Shown here: one piece after another, positions 38,939-51,312 of the stretch
Numbering within the stretch: position 1 is the first letter of the stretch
Layout of the letters: every line of letters starts with the position of its first letter
Source of the DNA: Octopus sinensis
Lineage: Eukaryota
Direction of reading: 5' to 3'
DNA length: 64,000 bases
NCBI RefSeq assembly: GCF_006345805.1
Contig: NC_042998.1
Location: 133,982,001 to 134,046,000 of the forward strand
Notes under the pieces: generated by a model
The model's input: the letters and a program-made list of their open reading frames with translations, nothing else
Told to the model about the DNA's origin: nothing
Databases searched by the model: none
Position numbers and translations under genes: made by a program

Positions 38939-39147
38939 ATAGTTAATCCAAACATGAAAACACAAAGAGAAAACACAACAACGCGAGGATGTGGAACAAG
39001 TATAGTATTATTGGACGCTCAGGAAAAGAAGGAAAGAAGGAGGGTTTAACGTTTCGAGCGGAGCTCTTCGTCAGAAACATAGGAAAAGGAAAGATCCAAA
39101 GAAGGGAAGACGGAAGGAAAAAAATCGCCAACGGTACACACGCGGTC
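38939..39147 (-). mobile_element. ~209-nt HHR-bearing mini-element (family D1) at (TA)n
   Basis: Same two ends (atagttaatc..acacacgcggtc) and high identity to 50919-51124. Confidence 0.8.
39044..39078 (-). ncRNA. Minimal type I hammerhead motif
   Basis: GUUU CUGACGA A GAGC-UCC-GCUC GAAA C GUU AAAC; intact CUGANGA and GAAA, palindromic ACGU, stem I GUUU/AAAC. Confidence 0.7.
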
Positions 39148-39270
39148 ACATATATATATATGTGTGTGTGTGTGTCTCTGTGTGTGTGTGTGTGTGTGTG
39201 TGCATGTATGTATGTATGTATGTATGTATGTATGTATGTATGTATGTATGTATGTATGTATGTATGTATG

Positions 39271-40116
39271 CGATAGAAAAGGTTCAAATCAGGCAAGCTA
39301 CGATTAACATATACATATACGGGTTTAATTAAGATAAAATAAAAATTGTCCAATCTGAAGCATGTATTGATAAATTAGAAATATAAAAATATATGAATAC
39401 TGAAAATATACATGGACATATAGATATATAGATATGTATACACAATAATAAAAGAATATAGATAAAAATAATGAAATGTAGAAAAAAGACGTTTCTAAAA
39501 ATTCAAAATATAATATAGAGAAAGTAATATGTATTAAAAAGAGTTTTGGATAACATGCTAGAGGAAAAATAAGGTGTTCTATTTCTAGCGTAAACACTAT
39601 TTTCCCCTGATGATGGGGGCATTCTATGGAAATTAATCTTAAGATTCATATGTAATCTGCATGAATGTATCCCTAAAACGATCGTTGGAACATATTATTT
39701 TCCTCTAACATGTTACCCAAAACTCTTTTTAATGCCTATTACTTTCTCTATATTATATTTAAAATTTTTTTAAACGTTTCTTTTCTACATTTCAATATTT
39801 TTATCTATATTCTATTATTATTATTATTAATATTATTATTATTATTCAGTAGTTTTATTTTTATAGCGTGCTTTCACTTCACTACCGAGCGCAGCTCTGT
39901 GTGCCTTGGGTATGTGCTGTGATTTGTTGTGATGCTCTGATGGTTATTGTATGGAAAGTGTTCTGCGTAGGATGTGTGCAGTGCCTAGTAGTGCAATTTT
40001 CTGTATGTTATATGTGTTTGTAAGTCCTGGTGTTTTTGTTATGTATTTGTCTGAATATTTTTTTATCATGCCTAATGCACCTACTATGATAGGAATTGTT
40101 TCTGTTATTATTATTC

Positions 40117-40194
<78 letters not shown>

Positions 40195-40377
40195 TATTAT
40201 GATGATGTTTACATATCTATATATCTATATTTTCATATATACTTTTAGAATTCATATATTTTTATATTTCTAATTTATCAATATATGCTTCTGATTGGAC
40301 AATTCTTATTTTATCCTAATTAAACCCGTATATGTATCTAGTAATCGTAGCCTGCCTGATTTGAACATTTTCTATTG
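39271..40377. repeat. Diverged inverted repeat pair (39271-39438 and 40211-40377)
   Basis: Aligns along ~168 bp, about 85-90% identical by eye (gttcaaatcaggc..cgggtttaatt..attgtccaatc..gataaattagaaat). Confidence 0.85.
39847..40107 (-). mobile_element. R4/Dong-type (REL endonuclease) LINE, extreme 3' fragment inside (TTA)n
   Basis: Minus ITETIPIIVGALGMIKKYSDKYITKTPGLTNIYNIQKIALLGTAHILRRTLSIQ*; (TTA)n on both flanks. Confidence 0.85.
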
Positions 40378-40447
40378 TATCTGTTATACTTGTCTAGCGC
40401 CTCGGGTTCGACTAGAGCACTTCTACGCTATCGAGTTTTTTACGAAA

Positions 40448-40491
<44 letters not shown>

Positions 40492-40519
40492 TATATGGGG
40501 AGATACAAAGAGAAAGAGA

Positions 40520-40787
40520 GAAGTTGCATGGTTTAGTGTTAAGGGCATTCTGCTCAAGGTCGTATCTCACGTTGCTCCATTCCACTCAGATGTCAAGAGT
40601 TAGTTGTACTAGCGTTTCAAAGAGCCAGTCTTGTCACGTTTTTCATCGTGTTTAATCTCTCTGAGAACTACGTTAAGGGTACGCATGTCTGTGAAGTGCT
40701 CGGCCACTTGCACGTTAAATTTACGAACAGGCCATTCCGTTGATCCAATCAACTGGAAGTCTTCGTCATAACCGATGGGGTACCAGT
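40520..40787 (+). mobile_element. Probable tRNA-derived SINE (family F)
   Basis: Head gcatggtttagtgttaagggcatt is tRNA-like; I recall the body gagaactacgttaagggtacgcatgtctgtg..ccgttgatccaatcaactgg as an abundant cephalopod repeat. Single copy here, so not confirmed in-window. Confidence 0.5.
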
Positions 40788-40793
40788 TTGTGT

Positions 40794-40876
<83 letters not shown>

Positions 40877-41094
40877 TGTGTGTGTAAATAGATGTACGAT
40901 TGTTTCTGTTAAAATTAGAACTTCACTTAAATTTTCAAAGTCCAGTGTGTTTTCGTTATAGTAGTTAAGCAACTATACTGAAAACAGTATACTTAATAGT
41001 GTTTCATTTTCTAAATAATTGTTTCAAGGTTGTAACGAGCAACTACACACACACAAGCACACACATACACACACACACACCACACACACACAGA

Positions 41095-41510
41095 TTACAA
41101 ATCCGGCAACCGCTATTCTGGCACGGCCAGAAATCCGGCACAAAATTCAGCTGACCTAATTATGATTTCTTATTTTCCGGGTTACCGTATCAGCCTGCCG
41201 CTAATGTTTGATGGTGTTAATTGCTGCATAAGCACATTGTCGGCATTACTTACACAGGCAAGGTATTCCAATCGGTGTTGTTTTATTCCATATGTTATTA
41301 TAACCAGTCCACTTTAGGACAGCTACGATTCCAGTGAGTAGAGTAAATGCTTCTCGATATGTAAGGCGCAGATTTTTGATATTTTCCATTAAAGGTAAGG
41401 CTGTGAAGAGTTTACAGTGACGGTTGGTTGAAGCGTTTCAAGGATCAGCATTGCTTTAATGTCTCGGGCAATGTGTGATAGAAAGCGTTCAGCTGACAAC
41501 GAAGCGGCTG
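41095..41510 (+). mobile_element. Tigger/pogo transposase remnant
   Basis: Frameshifted KAQIF, GWLKRFKDQH and KRSADNEAA resemble the CENP-B-type HTH region (GWL.RFK.RH..GE..SAD.EAA). Confidence 0.55.
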
Positions 41511-41648
41511 TTAAATCTCTTAGCGAATCTGAAGGCTAAGTTGATTTCGGTGGTATTTGAAATCTGAACTCAAAGAACGAGAAGAAATACTGTGAAGTAT
41601 TTTTCCGACACTCTGACAATTCTGCTAATTCGCCACCTCCTCTAATAA

Positions 41649-41863
41649 TGGTTTCAAATTTTAGTACAAGACCAGCAATTTTCAAGGAGGGGTAAGCCGA
41701 TTACATCGACCCCAGTGATCAACTGGTACTTATTTTATCGGCCCGAAACGATGAAAGGCAAAGTCGACTTCTGCGGAATTTGAACTCAGAACATTAAGAC
41801 GGATGAAATGCCGCTAAGCATTTTGTCCGGCGCGGTAACGATTCTGCCAGGTCGCTACTCTGA
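41649..41863 (-). mobile_element. SINE family A copy with 16-bp TSD
   Basis: TSD ccacctcctctaataa at 41633-41648 and 41864-41879; lies next to an older decayed family A head (41540-41632). Confidence 0.85.
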
Positions 41864-42559
41864 CCACCTCCTCTAATAACGAACAGCCAAATATTTTTCA
41901 AGTTACACCCTAAATTGCATGTCATGAAAAATGAGGAACACGTTGAATAATGCAGTCCTAGAAAGCTTATGTCTGAGAGAAAGAAAACTGAACATGTCTG
42001 TAATGCTTTTGATTACAGATCCACTCAGCCGCAGTTGATGAGGGACTAAAAAACAACGAAACAACAAACTAGAAGGCAGTAATATTTTAATCTTATTCCC
42101 CACCCCTTTTCATTTCAGTCAACCTTCTAGCATGGGGATTCAGTACGAACCTGTTATTGTACAACCTATAGATTATCGAATCCAATTAAAGCCACCAGGA
42201 ACAAGAAGTGAAAATACCGAGTGCGATAATATAAACTTCATACGAACTGTTATTTTTAATCGCCTTTAAAATTCCCCTCTGAAAACGCAAACAAAATTAT
42301 TTCAGTACACCACAAACACCTTGATGTGACGAGATGTAAATATTTTTAGCACCTCGTCTCTCAAGAATTTCCCTACATAATCGAAAAGTCCATTTATTTT
42401 AATTTGCTATTAACGAAGTAAAAAAAAAAAATCACTTTTTTTCTTTTTGATTTTGATTTTGATTTTGATTGTTTGTTTGTTATTGTTACTGTTGTAATTT
42501 TTCTTCCAGATGTGGAAAGGGGTATTCTGATTTATTTTTCGATCTTTGTTCTTCATTCT

Positions 42560-42830
42560 CTCACACTTCTCACTTCTCATCTCTCTTTACACCTCTTTTT
42601 CTTCATCTCACCTTCTCCTCCTTCTTTCCCTTCTCTTTCTTTTCCTTCTTTTTCTTTTCCTCTTTTTCTTCTTTTTCTTCTTTTTCTTCTTGCCTTCTTC
42701 CTCTTTTTGCTCTACTCCTTTTTCCTTCTGCTTCTCTTTCCTTTCTTTCTTTTTCTTTTCCTTCTTTTCCCTCTCTCCTTCTTTTCCTTCTTTTCTTTCT
42801 TCTTCTTTCCTTTCTTCCTTTCATCTTAAA
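42560..42830. repeat. Polypyrimidine (CTT/TTTC) low-complexity tract
   Basis: Almost purine-free on the plus strand over ~270 bp. Confidence 0.85.
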
Positions 42831-43236
42831 ACCTACATTCTCCTATTAGATTTCGACGGTACCACACCACACTACCAGAACCAACATACAAACCTTCAAG
42901 CATAAACACATACACAGCACTACAGGCCCGTTCACTTAAACACAGATACGCCCGTGTAACCGCATTCGTAAATACACATACACATATACACATACACAAA
43001 CACATATACATCCATATAAAAATCTGATATAAACAACACACGCATAATTACATATATCCATAGAGACATACATATATGCGTACGTATGCAAATTTGTGCA
43101 AGCATTAACATTAATAAGTTTTATTTGTATATGCATATGAAAGTGTATCTATATGTGTATACGCGCATCAATATACGTACTATATGAATGTTGATATACT
43201 TTTGCCTTGTTTATATACACCATGAAATTTCATATA

Positions 43237-43305
<69 letters not shown>

Positions 43306-43333
43306 TAATATACATATATACATATATATATAC

Positions 43334-43388
<55 letters not shown>

Positions 43389-43476
43389 CATATATATACA
43401 AAGGACATATATATATATACACGCATTATATATATAAAACATACGTATATACATATATATATGTATACAAAAATAC

Positions 43477-43512
<36 letters not shown>

Positions 43513-44156
43513 ATATATATATATATATACACACATTATATATATACAACATGCATACATATATATAAATATACATATATATAACATACATATATATACA
43601 CACATTATATATACATATCTATACATGTATATATATATATATATACATATATTTATGCAAACATGTGCGTGAGTGCATATATGTAGGTATGTTTGTATAC
43701 ATTCAATCATACATACGTCTTTTATGCATGTATGTATGAAATCATGTGTGTATATGTCTGTGTGTCTGTGTAGGTACACGTTAATGTATTTAATGAATTG
43801 AGTAATTACAAATAACTCCTCTAGTTTGCATTGTGACATACTTGGAGTTTTAATTGGCACCAATTTATGAATGTATAAAAAAACATGATGATCGTGATAA
43901 AGTTTGTTGGTATGTTTCGTATTAAGGAAGATTGTTTATTTTTTGTTTCTTATATAGCTATTTGCTTATTGTATTTTATAATTAGTCACATTCTACAAAA
44001 GAAAAAAAAAAACTTGATAAGCATGCAAAACATGACGGTTGTTTTTTTTTTGTATTTTAGTGAGTTTTTTTATTGAAAATTCATTTACGTAAAGTATCTG
44101 TGTGTCGTGTGAGTGTTGTGTGCGCATATGTGTATCTATGTGTTTGAGTGTGTGTG

Positions 44157-44188
<32 letters not shown>

Positions 44189-44309
44189 ATGCGGATGTGT
44201 GTTTGTATGTTTGTAGGTTTTTCTATGTCACTGCGACACAGAATGAAATGTGTGTTCGTTCTCCTGTGTGGTTGCTTATGTGTGTATGCGCGTGTACATA
44301 CATATTTAG

Positions 44310-44338
44310 ACAGATAGGTAGATAGATAGACAGACAGG

Positions 44339-44376
<38 letters not shown>

Positions 44377-44419
44377 TACAGACAGATAGATATATAGATA
44401 GATAGACAGACAGACAGAC

Positions 44420-44483
<64 letters not shown>

Positions 44484-44519
44484 TGAATGACAGACAGACA
44501 GACAGACAGACAGACATAT

Positions 44520-44550
<31 letters not shown>

Positions 44551-44551
44551 T
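44310..44551. repeat. (GATA)n/(GACA)n microsatellite
   Basis: Directly visible; abuts the 3' end of the Tx1-like element. Confidence 0.9.
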
Positions 44552-45890
44552 ATGTTTCTTTATTAGCCACACAGGGCTGCACACAGATAGAACAAATTAC
44601 AAGGTAGAGCTTTTCTTTTGAAGGTTTAAAAAAATAAAAAATAAAAAAAATTAAAAAATAAAAAAAATAAAAAAAAATAAGAAAAAAATAAAATAAAATA
44701 AAAATAAAATAAAAAAGGGGGGGTCGATCAAAAGGGATCGTGAAAGGAGAGAAAGAGGACAAAAAAAAAGGGGGGGTTAAAAAAAGGGGGAGAGGAAAAA
44801 AATTGATCAATAGGGATCGTTATCACAGAAATGTCAATATGAAGTGTAAAGGGGGGGACAGGTGAGGTTTACCCGTGGAAAGAAAAGCCTACGGAAAAGA
44901 CCACGGTAACCTCGGTCAATGAAGTCACATGTTATATTTCTTTTTTTTTTTTTTTTTTTTTTTGCAAATAAGCAACTCTCTGTATAATTTTACGGTTCAT
45001 AGAATCATAGTCAAGGTGGCTTCGTCATTCATACGTGCCATCCTTGCTACATTCACCCCCCCTTTTTTAAAACATTCACTAGACAAAACTTGCCTCTCTA
45101 CTCTCACTTTTTTCTTCAGTGATACTTGAAGAAGTTGATGAGAGATTGGACCAGAGAGGAAAGTGTTTGTCTCTAATCCTTCAGACGCGTCCACCAGATA
45201 CATTCTTTCGCCATAGCCACAGTATGATAAAAATAGCTCTTCTTTCCCGTTTGAGGAAGGAGGCGTGACGAATTAACGATAGACTCGGCTGATAAACCGA
45301 CACGTCCCACACGTGACAGCAGTCGTTCGACATAAGCCCACAGTGGGAAATTGCTGGACACTGCACGATTGCGTGCAGAGCGGTTTCGTCGCTCTGCCCG
45401 CATCTCGGGCAGGTCGGCCCCGGTTTTTCTCGAGCCATGCCTATAGAGCTTATCCGAACGGGTAGCGCTTCTCGGTAGCACCGCCAGGCCAGGGATCTCT
45501 GGAAGTTGTCCATAGGTCCCGGGCCGAAAGTCGTTTGAAACAGGCGGGTCAGGTATTCCTCGTCGACGCCCAGGTTTGCCCCGAGCTCGTCGTCGTACCT
45601 CCCCTCCACTAATCCCTATAGAATGCTTTGGTTGTGTTGAAGTCACTCAAGGTCGACCGGGACGGCAGAGTTGCTTGAGAGCAACGACACTCGCGCGGTG
45701 CCATTCGCCCTTCTTCGGCCTCTTTTTGATCCACGACTGTAGTTCGGTCATGGAGACGAGTTTCGGAATGCGTGCCTCACAAACGGCGACCACAACCTGT
45801 TCACCGTCGTCCACATAGAGCCGGAGATGCGCAGTCTCAGCGCGTCGTGTCTGCGCATCATCAACCACGGCATGCCCAGCCTCCTTTTAA
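44552..45890 (-). mobile_element. Tx1/L1-clade LINE, 5'-truncated (ORF2 C-terminus 44997-45890 plus 3' UTR)
   Basis: LAWRCYREALPVR..CPRCGQSDETALHAIVQCP is a zf-RVT/CCHC region typical of L1/Tx1. GC-rich island in AT-rich DNA; the minus strand ends aataaagaaaca then (TATC)n. Confidence 0.8.
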
Positions 45891-45891
45891 C

Positions 45892-46184
<293 letters not shown>

Positions 46185-46260
46185 TATGTATGTATCATAC
46201 ATGTATTACATATATGCTTTTGTTGTGTATATATGTACATGTTTATTACATGTGCGTATA

Positions 46261-46324
<64 letters not shown>

Positions 46325-46659
46325 AATCCCTGACGGTGAATTAATGAATTATGATAATGAAGTCAAATACACAATTCAAAAGAAAATATATTTTATTTTT
46401 CAATGAAAGGAACCGAATCGTCGGTTTTGTTTATAGCTTCTCTTCATTTCACCGCTAATACTGATGCGAAAAGGCATTAGTGCCACAACACCCTATTTCT
46501 CCTCTTTTGTAAATAGGAATTCGCATGTTTTTTTTTTCTTTAAACAACACTGTATATATTGTCTACTTAAATTGACAGTTCTATTCCGTATCATAGATTT
46601 TGTGACAGGTATTTGTTGTGACTCTGAATAAAAAATATTCAGTATTTGACAGCAGTAAA

Positions 46660-47730
46660 GGACAATCAAAGTCTGCGGAAATGGTCACAGTCTGCATTGG
46701 GAAAATTTACTCTGTGAATGTGTAGAAGAGCAATTTGACATTTTGCAACTGTCGCTTCGACTTACAATATTCACCAAATTTTGAAGTAGTACCAAGTCTG
46801 CTAGAAAATCTTCAGTAATCTAGCAGGTTTTCGAGGTTTCTTTTTTATGGCTACGGCTCCAGATTTAAAGCTTTGATCAAATCAAAGAATGTTTCGAGAA
46901 GAAGAAAATAACTCTAATGTTCCTCATGACAGCGTTATTGCTTTGCGTAATGAGTAACAAAAGCTATACATTGCAAAGTCGATCACTTAACGCACTCTCA
47001 GCAAAAAGGTCATTGTTTTCTTTTGTCATGGACAAAGCACTTAACATTCCCGAACCCACTCAATCTAGTTTTTATATAGACATTAAGTTTACCTTCGGCA
47101 TTTCACAGAAAAATAAAGGAGTTAAAAAAAATAATAAATTTCTTATGGAAGCATATGAAAAAGACTGTTGATGAAGAATACATTTGATTGTATAAAATAA
47201 ATGTCAGGATATTACTGGTGTTTATTTTATCCAACATAGAGGTATGAAACACAAATCCGGCCACAGTGATGTTTGAACTTAGACAGATAATAATCAAATT
47301 ATATAAGACTTATAGTTTGAAGCTCATCTTATTCTTCAAACTTTCTTCTCTAAGAGAATTCCATGAGTGTTTTATTACTTTACTGAACTAAGTTCAATTT
47401 AAATATTTAATCGAGTGTCATGGCAGTAGATTAGCAGAATTTTTAGAACAAAAGTTGATAAAACGTAGTTTAGTGATAAAGGAGTATTATAATTTGCTTG
47501 AAGCATTGTATGTGAGTGAATAATATAAACGTTTGAAAAATCTTTTAAGCAATGCAGCTGAGAAATTAGGAAAAATGTGTAAAGCAATGTTAATAAATGA
47601 AAAGAAAGAGAAAAGATGTTGTTTTATCTTAAATAGATTATTTAATGATCCTATAACATTTCGGGGTAAGACTCCCTTTTCAAACAGACGAAAGAAAATA
47701 ATCAAAGAGTTCGGAGAAATGTATCGTTAA
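46660..47730 (+). pseudogene. Decayed intronless coding-like sequence of unknown protein
   Basis: Long sparsely interrupted frames in AT-rich DNA (e.g. FKYLIECHGSRLAEFLEQKLIKRSLVIKEYYNLLEALYVSE*YKRLKNLLSNAAEKLGK..RCCFILNRLFNDP); a homologous stretch lies at 13600-13830. Confidence 0.35.
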
Positions 47731-50466
47731 CGCAGGGGCAGTCTAATGTGTTATGAATTATAGGGTCATTAAGTAATCTAATGTAAGGTAATACAATATC
47801 TTTTCTCTTTGTATTCACTTGTTGACTCTCATACTTTGCCGTTATATAGTGAGATTGATTTCATCAGCTATATTCTTCCTTTGAAAATTTATGAGCATTG
47901 GCTCAAAATTGGAAGGAATTAACAATAAATTACAAATCTGAAACGTTGTATGATGAATGCTTGTTTGATTAGGCTTCTCTCTCTCTCTTTCTCTCTCTCT
48001 CTTTCTCTCTCTCTCTTTCTCTCTCTCTCTCTCGCTCTCTCTCTTCTCTCTTTTTCTTTCTCTCTCCCTTTTTATGTGTGTAAGTGTTTGTATGAGTGTG
48101 TGAACAAGTGTTTGCTTCATTCGTTTAGCCTCATCTTTAAGTCAAACTTAGTGAGAGCTTAGTGGTTGGCTCGGAGCATTTGGCAGTGCACTGTCAGGAT
48201 CATTAATATTGTGCAGCACTGCAAAAGCAAGAGATATGAACATTGTTATAAACTCATTACAAGTGCAATTCTTTCCTGGATCACAGGGTTCCATGATGCC
48301 GGTGGTTATTTGTGGTTTCTGTAGCGCTAAGTTGACAAGAAGTTAATCACCATCTGTTGGATAAGATGCTTTTCTATAGCAAGTTTCACTACCTGTCAGA
48401 GGGATTGACTTCCGTAATGGAAGCCAATGAAACAGTCGTAAATTTCACAATGTTCCTGCAGCCTGAAACGGTAAATTATATCTATCATGTGATATCTAAA
48501 TATTACTAGATGTACTCAGCCTTTGAGAGTGAAAAATCTTGGTTATAGAGAAACAGTAGCACCGGTGACATAATATGAACTGATAATTCTTCAGCCGGAA
48601 GTTGAGCATCACATAACCTAGGCCCAGCTGCGACACTGATATAAAACCCTAATGTAAACTAATTAATGCTTACAAAATATTCCTGTATTGATTTAGTCGG
48701 TAACACCTGCGCTTTTAGCAGCTAATTATTGATCAGGTTCCATTGTAATTCGAGTTTGGATGTAAAAAAAAAAATATGAAGGCGTCATAAAAATATACTG
48801 AACAGAAAACAATTTAAATGCTATTGTTAATTAAAACAGATTTTGAAAAAATAATCATAGGGATTTAAATTTGATATCCTACATTATTCATCATCTCTTT
48901 TTGTTTTTTTCCATTATGTCATCAGTTATGAAAAATTACAATCGGTCCAACTATCAGCATGGTCGATCCTCAGTTCGTTTTCTGTCGCTGCACCGTGCCT
49001 TGTCCATCACTAAGGCATATATTTAACTCTTGGTAGCCCATTGATAGAGTATTTTACAACTGCAAGCAGTATGATTACTACATAATTAAGGAATATTTTA
49101 TTAGCCTCTAGAACTGAGTCCAATGAAAGCTACGACGTAGGCTAAAGGAAGAAGATATAATACTAAATCTTGGAGAGAAGTTAGCGACTAATCAAATGTG
49201 TTCGCTTTGGTGCTGCATCTGATCTTAGTTCTCGATATAAACTATTATTGTTGTTTGTTTGTTTGACTGTCTGTTTGTTTGTGTCGTTATTTAAGCCCAT
49301 ATCAACCCTAATTAGGCAGAGCTGTATTTTTTTAATTTTTTTTTATCAGAATTGAAATATCCAATATGTCTTTTTTTCTAAGACTGAAAGATGTTTTGCG
49401 GAGCCAAAATTTGTCTATTAATTTTACCTAATCAAGAGATTAGCTAGAGGATTCATGGTCTATTTCATGTAATGATTTGAATGCACCCAATCATCTATTG
49501 TTGAAATTAACATGCTCAGGTAGCCACATGTCAAAAATGTGTAATTTCAATCGATCCGCCTCATTTGTTTTTCTTTCAGAATACTTAGTTCTACTGAGAA
49601 CTCCACCGATAGAGAATAGGAAAGAGTGCCTTGTCATATTTAATTTCGTTTATATAAGTTCTAATTATAAATGCTGTCTGGACAAGTTTTGATTTTTGGC
49701 TTTTCTGGAGTGCTCCTATGTATGTATGTATGTATGTATGTATGTATGTATGTATGTATGTATGTATGTATATACGGTCATGGCTTTAAACTGCATCTGA
49801 TGGTGGGTCTCTGGTTCATAAGTTCCAGGCTATCGAGAAGTGTTGAAACACCTCTTAGCCACTGCTGTTCCCACTGCTATCAGGATCCAAAATGTGCGTT
49901 AACTAACACGTGATAACAATCCCTCTGAGCACGAGGACGCAGAAATACATTTAGTTGGTATGAGGGTGAGCTGTAAAACCCCACTAGCTGTTGTCACAAT
50001 ATCCTTCTACGAGAGGGACACTAGTGTCAAACCCGCGGTTCCATGTGATTATTGGTCATTTCGCGTCAGCCTGTTAATAGATATTAATCAAAGTGATTCA
50101 GGGGATAGTACTCGTGTTGCACAAGCGTTTATTACTATAATCCAATAACGGACAAATGTCCTTTTATGGTGACCTCTTTTGTCATTCCATCCATCTATAA
50201 AAATTCTTGTGGCGATGGATGTTGGGTACGAATGGTGATGCGGACAATAAGGTTAAAACTTCCATCTGCCATCTATGCTTCAAAACATGCAGATTTGCAG
50301 AGAGTATGAATAGTCGTTTGACAGGTCATGGACAGAAAGTCAGAAATACCATTCATAACGAGAAAGCACAAGGAGACAACAGTCATCATATATTATGTAT
50401 GTGTGCATGTATGTATGTACATAAACGTATATGTATACATACACACACACACACACACACACACAC

Positions 50467-50498
<32 letters not shown>

Positions 50499-50714
50499 AT
50501 ATATATATATATATTATATAATATATATATATATATACATACGCACAAGTGTGTTTATGTTGCATGTATATTTATATACATACGTTTACGTTTTTAATTA
50601 ATTGGCACAAGCAACAAAGTGGCTCTCAGCCCTTGAATCACTCTGTCGCTATTGGCGATCATTAATAAAAACAGCATATATATGAACAACTTACTGTGCG
50701 CTTCCAACTAGTTG

Positions 50715-50859
50715 GGCGCGGGCGTGGCTGTGTGGGAAGAATCTTACTTCCCAACCACATGGTTCCGTGTTCATTTTCACAGCGTGGTACTTTGAGTAAA
50801 TGCCTTCTACCAAAGCTTTGTGAGTGGTCTTAGAAGACGGAAACGGGAAGAAGCCCGTC

Positions 50860-50923
<64 letters not shown>

Positions 50924-51312
50924 TAATCGAAACATGAAAACACAAAGAGAAAACACAACAACGCTAGGACGTGGAACAAATATAGTATTATTGGCCGCTC
51001 AGGAAAGAAGGAAAGAAGGAGGGTTTAACGTTTCGAGCGGAGCTCTTCATCGGAAACATAGGAGAAGGAAAGATCCAGAGAAGGGAAGACAGGGGGAAAA
51101 ATCGCCAACGGTACACACGCGGTCGTGTCATTTTGTCTGTGTTTGTCCCCTGACTCCGCTTGACAACCCGGCAAAAAGAGACCGATATAATAAGTACCAG
51201 TCTTAAAGAACAAAATAAATACTGAGGTCGATTCATTTGACAAAACGTTCTTCAAGGCAGTGCCCCAGCATGGCCGAAGTTTAATGACTGAAACAGATAA
51301 AAGATAAAAGAT
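50715..51312 (+). mobile_element. SINE family C, full length, interrupted by (TA)n and a D1 mini-element
   Basis: tRNA-like head ggcgcgggcgtggctgtgtgg..; body to 50860, (TA)n 50861-50918, insert 50919-51124, then resumes and ends ..gtgccccagcatggccgaagtttaatgactgaaacagataaaagataaaagata. Confidence 0.85.
50919..51124 (-). mobile_element. ~206-nt HHR-bearing mini-element (family D1)
   Basis: Co-terminal with 38939-39147; HHR motif at 51023-51057 has the variant core CCGAUGA. Confidence 0.8.
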
